32,000 bases of DNA from NCBI RefSeq assembly GCF_001465295.1, contig NZ_CP011035.1, positions 120,001 through 152,000 of the forward strand, read 5' to 3'. Made by a program: the position numbers and the translations under genes. Position 1 is the stretch's first letter, and every line of letters starts with the position of its first letter. Source of the DNA: Pseudoalteromonas translucida KMM 520 (lineage in GTDB: Bacteria > Pseudomonadota > Gammaproteobacteria > Enterobacterales > Alteromonadaceae). The notes under the pieces are model-generated. The model saw only the letters and a program-made list of their open reading frames with translations, did no database searches and was not told the origin of the DNA. Below are positions 7,564-16,393 of this stretch, piece by piece.

Positions 7564-8562
7564 ATGTTTCAAACATTAATGGAAAAAGAAGCTGCGCAAG
7601 CGCCAGATATTATTCAGCAACAGCTTATTGCTAATCAATTATTAGTTGAAAAAGTAGGTCAAAAGCTACGTGAATTTGCACCTAAAATGGTTATGATGAT
7701 TGGCCGTGGATCGTCGGATCATGCTGGTGTATTTGGGAAGTATTTAATTGAAATTGAAGCGGGTATTCCGGTTAGTTCAGCAGCACCTTCAATAGCGAGT
7801 GTGTATGGTAAGTCGTTAAACTTAAAAGATGCATTAGTTATTGTAATTTCTCAGTCAGGACGCAGTCCAGATATTATTGCGCAGGCCGAAATGGCTAAAA
7901 AATCAGGCGCTTACTGTATTGCTTTAGTAAACGATGAAAGCTCACCACTGCGAGACATAGTGGATGAAATTATACCGCTAAAAGCAGGAAATGAAATGTC
8001 GGTAGCCGCAACTAAAAGTTATTTAGCAACGCTGTCTGCTTTAGTACATATAGTGGCAAATTGGACGCAAAACCAGCCATTAATTGCGGCGTTAAATGAA
8101 CTGCCTACAGCAATGAAAACCATGGTTGAATCACCAGTGCAACTTACCCCATCTGCCCTTGAAGGGGTTAAAAATATGGTGGTGTTGGCGCGCGGCTTAG
8201 GGTTTTCTATAGCCAAAGAAATGGCCTTAAAACTTAAAGAAGTGTGCGCTATTCATGCTGAGTCATTCAGTAGTGCAGAGTTTTTACATGGGCCAGTGAC
8301 GCTAGTTGAACAAGGTCTCGTTATTTTAAATTGTGCTGTGGCTGATGAAACAGCCTCCTCGCACCAGTTGCAAATAAATGAAGTGGGTCAACGTGGTGCT
8401 CAATTAGTGCAATTAAATCAAAATAATATTACGATTCACCCGCGCTTAGCACCATTTTTGGTATTACAACGCTTTTACTTAGATGTAGCAAAGGTTGCAC
8501 TTAGCAGAGGTTTTAATCCAGATGAGCCCAAAGGGCTTAAAAAAGTAACAAGGACCTTATAA
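7564..8562 (+). CDS. nagB: SIS-domain glucosamine-6-phosphate deaminase (NagB-II / AgaS-like)
   Basis: 332 aa with two SIS-type segments (MMIGRGSSDHAG... and LVIVISQSGRSPDI). It has an AGGA RBS 6 nt upstream and sits between the kinase and deacetylase genes. Confidence 0.82.
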   Translation: MFQTLMEKEAAQAPDIIQQQLIANQLLVEKVGQKLREFAPKMVMMIGRGSSDHAGVFGKYLIEIEAGIPVSSAAPSIASVYGKSLNLKDALVIVISQSGRSPDIIAQAEMAKKSGAYCIALVNDESSPLRDIVDEIIPLKAGNEMSVAATKSYLATLSALVHIVANWTQNQPLIAALNELPTAMKTMVESPVQLTPSALEGVKNMVVLARGLGFSIAKEMALKLKEVCAIHAESFSSAEFLHGPVTLVEQGLVILNCAVADETASSHQLQINEVGQRGAQLVQLNQNNITIHPRLAPFLVLQRFYLDVAKVALSRGFNPDEPKGLKKVTRTL

Positions 8563-9690
8563 ATGTCACTACAACGTATTTATGTAAAACAATTTTTTGA
8601 TGGAGAAAGCTTTATTAAAAACAAAGTATTGTCTATTGAAAATAGCATCATTATTAGTATTGATGACGATTTACAACAATATGATGAAAAGTTAGCTGGC
8701 TTAGTGGCACCGGGTTTTATTGATTTACAAGTAAATGGTGGTGGCGGTGTGTTATTTAACAACACGCTTTCGGTAGAGGGAGTTAACGCCATGTTGTTAG
8801 CTCATGCAAAATATGGCACAACCGCTATGTTGCCTACCTTGATCACCGATACTGTTGAGGTAATGCAACAGGCTGCAGATGCGATTGCAGCGGCTATCGC
8901 ACAAAAAGTACCGGGCATTATAGGTATTCATTTTGAAGGGCCGCATTTATCGGTAGCAAAAAAAGGGGCGCATAGCGAAGCATTTATTCGTCCTATTTCG
9001 GCCCAAGAATGGCAAATATTATCGCGCCAAGACTTAGGTAAAGTAATTGTTACTTTAGCGCCTGAAAATGTTTTAACTAGCGATATAGTTAAAATGCGCG
9101 AACTCGGTATTCATGTTTGCTTAGGCCACACTAATGCAAGTTATGCAGTTGCTCAACAGGCAGTAGATGCTGGCGCAACGGGGTTTACTCATTTGTATAA
9201 TGCAATGTCTGCACTGCAAGGGCGCGAGCCCGGTGTAGTAGGTTGTGCATTACTTAATGATAATACCAGTTGCGGATTGATTGTTGATGGTTATCATGTT
9301 GATTTTGCATCGTGCCGTTTGGCATTAAAAGCTAAGCCAAAAGGCAAGGTGTTTTTAGTAACCGATGCTATGCCTCCAGTGGGAACCAAAGACACTGAAT
9401 TTGCATTTTTTGACCGCACTGTTTATTTGCATGACGGTAAATTAACGTCAACCACAGGTGAGCTTGCTGGATCTGTTTTAGATATGGCAACCGCGGTAAG
9501 AAATTGCGTTAATTATTTACATGTACCGTTCTCAGAAGCGCTAAAAATGGCCAGTGTATATCCGGCTAAGTATATAGGTTTGCCAGCTCAATACGGACGA
9601 TTAGTAGTAGGGAGTCGAGCCGATTTTGTGGAGTTAAATGATCAACAACAAGTAACTAGCACCTGGATTGGCGGTGCTCAGCTTTTTTAA
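8563..9690 (+). CDS. nagA: N-acetylglucosamine-6-phosphate deacetylase
   Basis: 375 aa amidohydrolase with GFIDLQVNGGGG, HFEGPH and LGHTNA motifs. Its ATG directly abuts the nagB stop (TAAATG). Confidence 0.92.
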   Translation: MSLQRIYVKQFFDGESFIKNKVLSIENSIIISIDDDLQQYDEKLAGLVAPGFIDLQVNGGGGVLFNNTLSVEGVNAMLLAHAKYGTTAMLPTLITDTVEVMQQAADAIAAAIAQKVPGIIGIHFEGPHLSVAKKGAHSEAFIRPISAQEWQILSRQDLGKVIVTLAPENVLTSDIVKMRELGIHVCLGHTNASYAVAQQAVDAGATGFTHLYNAMSALQGREPGVVGCALLNDNTSCGLIVDGYHVDFASCRLALKAKPKGKVFLVTDAMPPVGTKDTEFAFFDRTVYLHDGKLTSTTGELAGSVLDMATAVRNCVNYLHVPFSEALKMASVYPAKYIGLPAQYGRLVVGSRADFVELNDQQQVTSTWIGGAQLF

Positions 9691-9719
9691 AAAATATAAT
9701 AAATATAAAGGAAAATAAC

Positions 9720-11027
9720 ATGACAACAAATGTTATGGATACATCGAAAAAAAGTAGCGTGATCCCAATGGCTATTGTTGCGGTATTATTTTTTATACTG
9801 GGCTTTGCAACTTGGTTAAATGGCTCTTTAATGCCTTATTTGAGCCAAATATTGCAGCTAACTCCGTTTCAAGGAGCGTTAATTTTATTTTCGTTCTACA
9901 TTGCAGTTACTTTTACAGCAATACCTTCAGCTATGCTGATTAAAAAAGTGGGTTATAAAAATGGTATGGCATTAGGAATGGGGCTAATGATGGTTGCTGG
10001 ATTGTTGTTTATTCCTGCGGCTATGTCACAGTTTTTTCCTTTGTTTTTATTAGCGCAGCTAGTAATGGGCGCAGGGCAAACTTTGTTACAAACAGCAGTA
10101 AATCCATATGTTGTTCGCCTTGGTGCTGAAGAGTCGGCCGCTGTACGTATTAGCATTATGGGAATATTAAACAAAGGTGCCGGCGTTATAGCGCCCATGG
10201 TATTTACTGCACTTATATTGAGTAACTTTAAAGGAACTGTCGGCACGGTATTAACTCAGCAGCAAGTAGATAATATGGCTAATGGCTTAATTTTACCTTA
10301 CCTAGGCATGGCCGTTTTTATTGGTATACTGGCTTTTGCAGTAAAAAAATCACCTTTGCCAGAGCTTATCAATGAAGATAACAACTCGGACAGTTGCCAA
10401 GGTGAAATACGCGAAACCTTATCTCATCCAAATTTAGTATTTGGTGTTATTGCTATATTTTTGTATGTGGCCGTTGAAGTTATTGCAGGCGATACCATAG
10501 GTACTTTTGCGTTATCGTTAGGAGTTGAAAACTATAGTGTAATGACCTCCTACACCATGATGTGCATGGTATTAGGCTATATTTTAGGAATAATGCTTAT
10601 TCCGAGGTTTATTTCTCAGCAAGCAGCTTTAACCGTCTCGGCACTGCTAGGCTTGGTAATAACATTTAGTATTTTATTTATTGATACGCAATCGTTTGTA
10701 GTGGCTAATGCGCTGTTAGTGCCATTAGGCGGTGCACAACTGCCAGATATTTTATTACTTATTGCATTTTTAGGATTAGCTAATGCGATTGTATGGCCGG
10801 CTGTTTTTCCGCTTGCTCTATCAGGTATGGGGAAGTTAACCAGCACCGGATCTGCACTGTTAATTATGGGTATCGCCGGCGGCGCGTTTGGCCCGTTACT
10901 GTGGGGTTTACTCAGTGGTATTAGCTCATTACAAACAGGCTACTCGGTAATGCTACCGTGCTATTTATTTATTTTATTTTATGCCGTTAAAGGCCATAAA
11001 ATGAAAAAGAAAGTAGTGCCCGCTTAA
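9720..11027 (+). CDS. nagP: MFS sugar transporter of the FucP/GluP (glucose/galactose) family, probable GlcNAc permease
   Basis: 435 aa, hydrophobic throughout with about 12 TM-like segments. It has an AAGGA RBS, is the last gene of the nag operon, and is followed by a strong terminator. Confidence 0.82.
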   Translation: MTTNVMDTSKKSSVIPMAIVAVLFFILGFATWLNGSLMPYLSQILQLTPFQGALILFSFYIAVTFTAIPSAMLIKKVGYKNGMALGMGLMMVAGLLFIPAAMSQFFPLFLLAQLVMGAGQTLLQTAVNPYVVRLGAEESAAVRISIMGILNKGAGVIAPMVFTALILSNFKGTVGTVLTQQQVDNMANGLILPYLGMAVFIGILAFAVKKSPLPELINEDNNSDSCQGEIRETLSHPNLVFGVIAIFLYVAVEVIAGDTIGTFALSLGVENYSVMTSYTMMCMVLGYILGIMLIPRFISQQAALTVSALLGLVITFSILFIDTQSFVVANALLVPLGGAQLPDILLLIAFLGLANAIVWPAVFPLALSGMGKLTSTGSALLIMGIAGGAFGPLLWGLLSGISSLQTGYSVMLPCYLFILFYAVKGHKMKKKVVPA

Positions 11028-11050
11028 CGCTATAAACTACCAATTTATAA

Positions 11051-11084
11051 ATTGTAGCGCCTTAAACAGGTGCTACAATTTTTA
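11051..11084 (+). terminator. Rho-independent terminator of the nag operon
   Basis: 11-bp stem ATTGTAGCGCC (11051-11061) / GGTGCTACAAT (11069-11079) including one G-U pair, a 7-nt loop, then TTTT. Confidence 0.8.
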
Positions 11085-11123
11085 GTATATCTAACTTAAA
11101 TAGCGCGATATAAAATTGCAACA

Positions 11124-11150
11124 AAGCAAACCTAAATACAAGGTTTGCTT
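11124..11150 (-). terminator. Hairpin terminator downstream of the DUF2235 gene
   Basis: Perfect 10-bp stem AAGCAAACCT (11124-11133) / AGGTTTGCTT (11141-11150). On the minus strand it is followed by TGTTGCAATTTT, a weak U-tract. Confidence 0.5.
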
Positions 11151-11171
11151 AATTTCTACCTGAGCGCTGTT

Positions 11172-12671
11172 TTATTTTAACCTCGTTACTTTGACTTTAA
11201 TTTTACCGGCGTTAGCGCCATAAAATCGGCTTAAGTCGTTGGCGAATGGAGTAAATTCACCTGATTGCACCATTTTAACATCTGCGCCGTCGGCTATTGC
11301 AAATAAGTTCTTGTCACTTTTATTAATAGCGCCAATTAACGAAAACCACTGTGCATTTGGCAGTCGTCTAAATGGTTCGAGCAATGCCATAGAGATTTCT
11401 TTTACGCCAAGTCGCACGTCATCGCGGTGCCAGCCAAGCGCAGTACATTTTATACCATCGTCAAACCAATACTGATCAGGATAAGGGGTAAAGCGATACG
11501 TTGCGCCTTGCTCTAGCATTAAACCAGTGGCGTTGTAGGCTTCGCTGGCAAATACCACCACATCTTGGCTTTGCTTTACAGCCAGTACGCTCATATTTTG
11601 GTTAGCCAGCATGATGTGTGCACTTAACCCGGTAAAACTAAGTTGGGTATTATCGTTATAGGTTATTTTATAAGGCAGGTTTTTAAGCGACTCTGGGCGG
11701 TAACTGGTGAGTTTGTTAATACGTTCGGCCACGCTGTGGTGCACTAATGGCTCAAGAGGACTTGGTTCGTTATCTATCAGTACATAGCACTCTCTATCTA
11801 CTAATTTAAAAAATGGGTTAAACCAAAAATAATTTTGCTGATGGCTTAATGCCAACGGGTCAGGTGTAATTGTTATATCGTCTTGCGCGATTAATTTATT
11901 GTTGGGTAGTAAGGCTGCATAGTCAATATCGTGACTGGTTAAAAAGGTGATATTTAACGGCTGCGAGATTAACCACTCTAGTGCATAACGCAAGCAAATA
12001 TCGGCTAGACCATCGCGGTAGTAACCGCCACCAATATCAGAATGCGCACCGGCAAACCACAATTCGGTAATGCTGCTTTGTTGGTTCATAAGTGTGGGTT
12101 CAAACGCGCGGCGCTTTTCATCCAGGGCTACAAAATGTAAGGCTTGAGTAACATTACTTGCTATGGTGTGGTTTTCAAAAATTACATGCTCTGCGCCACG
12201 GGTCGCTTTGGTTATTTTTGATAAACCAATAGAGGCAATAGTGTCAAATACACACAGGTATACTTGCTCACTTATTAATGGTTCTAATAACTTTGCTAAG
12301 CGTCTAGCGAGTGCAGCGCCTCGGCTAAAACCGGTTAATAGTACAGTGTCACCTAGCTTATAATGGTTTTTAAAATCACTTAGGGCGTGTTTTAAGATGC
12401 TAGCTACATCGTCGTTACGTGGTGCGAGTGTTTGATTTAAAAAACGTTTTAAGCGGCTGCCTTTAGTACCAATACCTTGATAATAAAAACTAAGTTGATT
12501 GGTTAAGTTAGTATTAGGAGAGTTGTTAAGTTGTCCGCCAACGAGTAAGTGCAGTTTAAGAATATTAGAAATGCTGCTGTCTTCTTTAAAATGATCAGCA
12601 CTAAACTGCTCGGCGTCTCTAGGCTCTGCGCCGGTGCCATCAAAGTTAAAAATGAGTGTTTTAGCCGTCAT
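11172..12671 (-). CDS. DUF2235 alpha/beta-hydrolase (T6SS Tle1-phospholipase-like catalytic domain) fused to a C-terminal PA-IL/LecA-like beta-sandwich
   Basis: 499 aa. DUF2235 hallmarks are present: N-terminal FNFDGTG, the nucleophile elbow GFSRGA (GxSxG) and AGAHSDIGGGYY. The C-terminal ~140 aa ends FANDLSRFYGANAGKIKVKVTR, which resembles the LecA tail YNDVPGTYGNNSGSFSVNI as I recall it. A strong AGGAGG RBS is present. Confidence 0.75.
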   Translation of the reverse strand: MTAKTLIFNFDGTGAEPRDAEQFSADHFKEDSSISNILKLHLLVGGQLNNSPNTNLTNQLSFYYQGIGTKGSRLKRFLNQTLAPRNDDVASILKHALSDFKNHYKLGDTVLLTGFSRGAALARRLAKLLEPLISEQVYLCVFDTIASIGLSKITKATRGAEHVIFENHTIASNVTQALHFVALDEKRRAFEPTLMNQQSSITELWFAGAHSDIGGGYYRDGLADICLRYALEWLISQPLNITFLTSHDIDYAALLPNNKLIAQDDITITPDPLALSHQQNYFWFNPFFKLVDRECYVLIDNEPSPLEPLVHHSVAERINKLTSYRPESLKNLPYKITYNDNTQLSFTGLSAHIMLANQNMSVLAVKQSQDVVVFASEAYNATGLMLEQGATYRFTPYPDQYWFDDGIKCTALGWHRDDVRLGVKEISMALLEPFRRLPNAQWFSLIGAINKSDKNLFAIADGADVKMVQSGEFTPFANDLSRFYGANAGKIKVKVTRLK

Positions 12672-12784
12672 TGCATATTACCTCCTAAGTATTTTACTTT
12701 ATACCTAAAGCAAGCCTTTGAAATGCTGATTTTTGCATTTTGAGATGGTTTGGATATATAACGTAAAGGTGTTAAATATTAATG

Positions 12785-12809
12785 ACAGCGGTAATAAATT
12801 TACCGCTGT
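12785..12809 (-). terminator. Hairpin downstream of ndh
   Basis: 9-bp stem ACAGCGGTA (12785-12793) / TACCGCTGT (12801-12809), 23 nt past the ndh stop. The following minus-strand tract CATTAATATTT is only moderately U-rich. Confidence 0.5.
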
Positions 12810-12831
12810 GGTGTTTAAACTCTGCAAAATT

Positions 12832-14136
12832 TTAATGTAACTTCATTTTAGGGCGTACCACGCGCAGTATTTTTTCGCTGATCCACAAGGCAAAGGTTTT
12901 TGCACTGCCGTGAATGGCGCGTTGGTGCATGCGATAGAGCGAAATATACATAAAGCGGGCAATTTTACCTTCAATAAAAAAGCTATTACTGGTGAGATTA
13001 CCCATTAAATTACCAACTGTACTGTAGCGAGACAGATTAACTAAAGAGCCGTGATCGCTGTACTTAAAGCCACTCAGTGGTTGCTGTTTTAATGTGGCTA
13101 TAAGATTTTTTTCAACACATTGCGCCATTTGATGCGCCGATTGTGCCCGCGGTGGCACTTGTTTGCCATCGGCTTGGGTAAAGGCGCAGCAATCGCCTAA
13201 TACAAAAATGCTGTCATCTACCGTGCTTTGTAAAAATTGGTTTACTTGAATTTGATTACTGCGAGTGAGCTCAAAAATACCTAGGTCTTTAATAAAGTCA
13301 GGGGCTTTTACTCCTGCAGCCCAGAGCATAATATCGGCATTAATGTGCTCATCGTCTTTGGTAATGAAGCCGTGCTCGGTGGCCTCTTTTACTTGTGTTT
13401 GTTCGCGTACATTAACCCCTAACTTTAGCAGCTCGCGCTTGGCACTAACGGCAATGCGCTCGGGCAGCGCGGGTAAAATACGTGGCCCGGCTTCAATTAA
13501 ATGAATATGTAAACGTTTAGACGACATATTAGTTAAGCCGTAGAGCTTTAATAACTCAGAAACATGATACAGCTCAGCCGAGAGTTCTACACCGGTTGCG
13601 CCGCCGCCCACAATGGCAATGTTTAAAGATTGTTGTTGATTGTCGTCTTGGTGCAGGCGGGTAAAGCTGTCGAGTAACGAATGCTGAAAGCGCTCTGCTT
13701 GCTGATTCGAATCTAAAAAGTAGCAATGCTCTTTTATACCAGGAGTATTAAAGTCGTTACTTACGCTGCCTATGGCAATAACAAGGTGGTCGTAGCGCAC
13801 GTTGCGCTCGGGTAAAATAGTGTGGCCTAATTCGTCATAAAGTGGTGCGAGGGTAATGGTTTTATTGCTTTGGTCAATATTACAAAATGTACCAAGCTGA
13901 AAGCGATAATGATGTTTAGCGGCATGAGCGCTGTACACTACGCCGTCTAAATCTGGGTCAATAGAGCCGGTCGCTACTTCGTGCAGTAACGGCTTCCATA
14001 TGTGGGTGCGGTTTTTATCTATGAGTAGTATGTCTGCGTGTTTTTTCTTTCCTAGTTTATGTCCTAGTTGGGTTGCAAGCTCTAATCCGCCAGCCCCACC
14101 ACCAATAACGACGATTTTAGGTGTGGTAATATTCAT
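12832..14136 (-). CDS. ndh: Type II NADH dehydrogenase (NDH-2)
   Basis: 434 aa, the same length as E. coli Ndh and colinear with it as I recall it: KIVVIGGGAGGLELATQLGHKLGKKK, WKPLLHEVATGS, PPRAQSAHQMA, and the C-terminal RVVRPKMKLH. Confidence 0.92.
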   Translation of the reverse strand: MNITTPKIVVIGGGAGGLELATQLGHKLGKKKHADILLIDKNRTHIWKPLLHEVATGSIDPDLDGVVYSAHAAKHHYRFQLGTFCNIDQSNKTITLAPLYDELGHTILPERNVRYDHLVIAIGSVSNDFNTPGIKEHCYFLDSNQQAERFQHSLLDSFTRLHQDDNQQQSLNIAIVGGGATGVELSAELYHVSELLKLYGLTNMSSKRLHIHLIEAGPRILPALPERIAVSAKRELLKLGVNVREQTQVKEATEHGFITKDDEHINADIMLWAAGVKAPDFIKDLGIFELTRSNQIQVNQFLQSTVDDSIFVLGDCCAFTQADGKQVPPRAQSAHQMAQCVEKNLIATLKQQPLSGFKYSDHGSLVNLSRYSTVGNLMGNLTSNSFFIEGKIARFMYISLYRMHQRAIHGSAKTFALWISEKILRVVRPKMKLH

Positions 14137-14409
14137 AACGCTGCCTTTAAAAATAATATACCCAAATAATCTATGTAGAATTATTTTTTTGAGGTTACTT
14201 GGGTATGACTCAAGTTATTTTGGCAAAGACTAAACTCGTTATTTATATGGCTATATTCTGCGCCTAAATAAAGGATGTGTCAGCAAAAAATAATGAATAA
14301 GTTATACTCACACTTTTAAAGCTAAATAGTGTGTATTTTTATACTTACTTAGGTTTTACCGTGTAGGAATGTTTTTCCTTTTGAGGGAAATATTTAAACA
14401 GGATATTTT

Positions 14410-16347
14410 ATGACCCCTTCATTAATTCAATCACTTGAGCAACACTTTGGCTTTAATCAGTTTAGAGGCGGGCAGCAGCAAACCATAGAGCAGTTGTTAA
14501 ATGGGCAGTCGTCGTTGGCAATATTCCCAACCGGCTCGGGTAAGTCTTTGTGTTATCAATTAACCGCGTTGCATTTACCGCATTTAACCTTAGTGGTGTC
14601 GCCATTATTGGCATTGATGAAAGATCAAATTAGCTTTTTAAACAGCAAAGGTATTTATGCTGCCAGCCTTGATTCGAGCCAAGATCAAATGCAAAGCAGT
14701 ACCGTAATGAACGATGTTCGCAGCGGTAAAATTAAAGTATTAATGGTGTCGGTTGAGCGCTTTAAGAACGAGCGTTTTAGAGAGTTTATTAACCAAATAG
14801 CAGTATCTATGCTGGTTGTTGACGAAGCGCATTGTATTTCTGAGTGGGGACACAACTTTAGACCCGACTACTTAAAACTACCGCGCTACCGCGAAGAGCT
14901 TAATATTCCGCTAGTATTATTATTAACTGCCACCGCGACTAAAAAAGTAAAGCGCGATATGGCCGAGCGCTTTGCCATTGCCCCAGAATGCATTGTACAA
15001 ACCGGTTTTTACCGCGCTAATTTAGACTTAAGTGTACTGAGTGTAAAAACCGCGGATAAAAATAACGAGCTTGCTAACATTATTAGCGCACAAAATGGCC
15101 CAGGTATTGTGTATGTTACCTTGCAGCAAAGTGCCGAGCAAGTGGCTAATATGCTAAGCAATCAAGGGCTGCAAGCTGTGGCGTATCATGCAGGGCTTGA
15201 AGATACACTTAGATGGCAAATTCAAGATGACTTTATGGGCGGTAAAATAAATGTAGTAGTAGCTACGATTGCTTTTGGAATGGGCGTAGATAAAGCCGAT
15301 ATTCGCTTTGTTATTCATTACGACTTACCTAAATCGATTGAAAACTACAGCCAAGAAATAGGCCGAGCAGGGCGCGACGGCAATCCTTCACAGTGTTTTA
15401 CCTTAGCCAACCTTGATGGATTAAATACAGTAGAGAACTTTGTTTATGGCGACACACCAGAGCTGAGTGGTATTGAGCATGTAATTAACGATATTCGTCA
15501 AAACCACAGCTCGCAGCAGCAATGGGAAATGCAAGAATATAGCCTTTCAAGCGACAGTAATATTAGGCAACTTGCGCTTAAAACTTTGTTAGTACAGCTA
15601 GAAATGCAAGGTGCAATAACGCCGCAATACGCTTACTACGCCGATTTTAAATATAAGTTTTTGGTTGATAAAAACGAGTTGCTAGGCCAATTTGATGAGC
15701 AGCGCCAAGCATTTTTAACGCAAATATTTAGCCACACCGATTTTAAAAAAGTATGGGGTACGCTTAATTTTGATAGCCTGACACAAGCCGCGCAAGTCGA
15801 TCGTAAACGAGTGGTTGCGGCGCTTGACTACTTAGCCGAAAAACAGCTTATTACCCTAGAAACCAAACGTATTACTCAAGTGTATAAAGTGCATAGCGAG
15901 GTAATAAATAACCCTAAACTTGCGCAGCAACTGCATGATTACTTTACCGATAAAGAACAAGCCGAAATAAAACGTATAGCTGCATTAGTACGCTTTTTTG
16001 AATTGCAAAGCTGTTTAAGCTACAACCTTGCCCGTTATTTTGACGATCAAAATGCGCCTCAGCAATGCGGCCATTGCTCAGTATGCAGAGGCCACAGTGT
16101 AAAGCTTGAATATTCAGTGCAAGCAGGCGTTGTTGATGAGAGTGTAATTTATCAAAAAGTAGATGAGTTTGTACAGCACCTAGCCAGTAAAGGCATTAAT
16201 AACGTAGGTATAGAAACCCAATGTCGCTTTTTAGCGGGCATGAGCGTGCCTTTATTTGCACGCAATAAAGTGCGCAAATTGAGTGGTTTTGCGCTGTGCG
16301 AAGCGATGCGCTACAGTGATATTAAAGCGAAATTACTAGCACGATAA
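14410..16347 (+). CDS. RecQ-family ATP-dependent DNA helicase (non-canonical C-terminus)
   Basis: 645 aa with FPTGSGKSLCYQ (motif I), VVDEAHCISEWGHNFRPDY (DEAH, motif II) and IGRAGRDG (motif VI). A Cys cluster, CGHCSVCRG, appears only near residue ~555. AGGA RBS. Confidence 0.85.
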   Translation: MTPSLIQSLEQHFGFNQFRGGQQQTIEQLLNGQSSLAIFPTGSGKSLCYQLTALHLPHLTLVVSPLLALMKDQISFLNSKGIYAASLDSSQDQMQSSTVMNDVRSGKIKVLMVSVERFKNERFREFINQIAVSMLVVDEAHCISEWGHNFRPDYLKLPRYREELNIPLVLLLTATATKKVKRDMAERFAIAPECIVQTGFYRANLDLSVLSVKTADKNNELANIISAQNGPGIVYVTLQQSAEQVANMLSNQGLQAVAYHAGLEDTLRWQIQDDFMGGKINVVVATIAFGMGVDKADIRFVIHYDLPKSIENYSQEIGRAGRDGNPSQCFTLANLDGLNTVENFVYGDTPELSGIEHVINDIRQNHSSQQQWEMQEYSLSSDSNIRQLALKTLLVQLEMQGAITPQYAYYADFKYKFLVDKNELLGQFDEQRQAFLTQIFSHTDFKKVWGTLNFDSLTQAAQVDRKRVVAALDYLAEKQLITLETKRITQVYKVHSEVINNPKLAQQLHDYFTDKEQAEIKRIAALVRFFELQSCLSYNLARYFDDQNAPQQCGHCSVCRGHSVKLEYSVQAGVVDESVIYQKVDEFVQHLASKGINNVGIETQCRFLAGMSVPLFARNKVRKLSGFALCEAMRYSDIKAKLLAR

Positions 16348-16363
16348 GCTCAATAAGGTATCC

Positions 16364-16393
16364 TAGTGGCTTATTCCAAAAAGTAAGCCACTA
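16364..16393 (+). promoter_or_regulatory. Perfect 10-bp hairpin abutting the start codon of the YkgJ-like gene
   Basis: TAGTGGCTTA (16364-16373) / TAAGCCACTA (16384-16393) with a 10-nt loop. The 3' arm ends on the A of the ATG at 16393 and covers the position where an RBS would sit. No T-run follows. Confidence 0.5.

Noticed and set aside
12668-12676. Mini-uORF ATG-CAA-TGA whose stop overlaps the DUF2235 start codon (ATGA), 4 nt after the AGGAGG RBS
   Set aside because: Seen directly in the sequence, but a 2-codon uORF can easily arise by chance in an AT-rich leader. I cannot show function without conservation data, so I mention it only as a possible start-selection curiosity.
12549-12743. 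64-aa plus-strand ORF across the DUF2235 start. The same reasoning applies to 11239-11475, 12163-12363, 13265-13504 and 14000-14233
   Set aside because: All are antisense shadows of long, well-supported genes. None has an RBS or a recognisable motif, so I see no candidate immunity or partner gene among them.
12781-12800. AATGACAGCG, identical to one half of the hex NagR-type operator
   Set aside because: The second half-site (GTAATAAATT) has no dyad symmetry. The sequence is instead the 5' arm of the ndh terminator hairpin, so this is a coincidental half-site.
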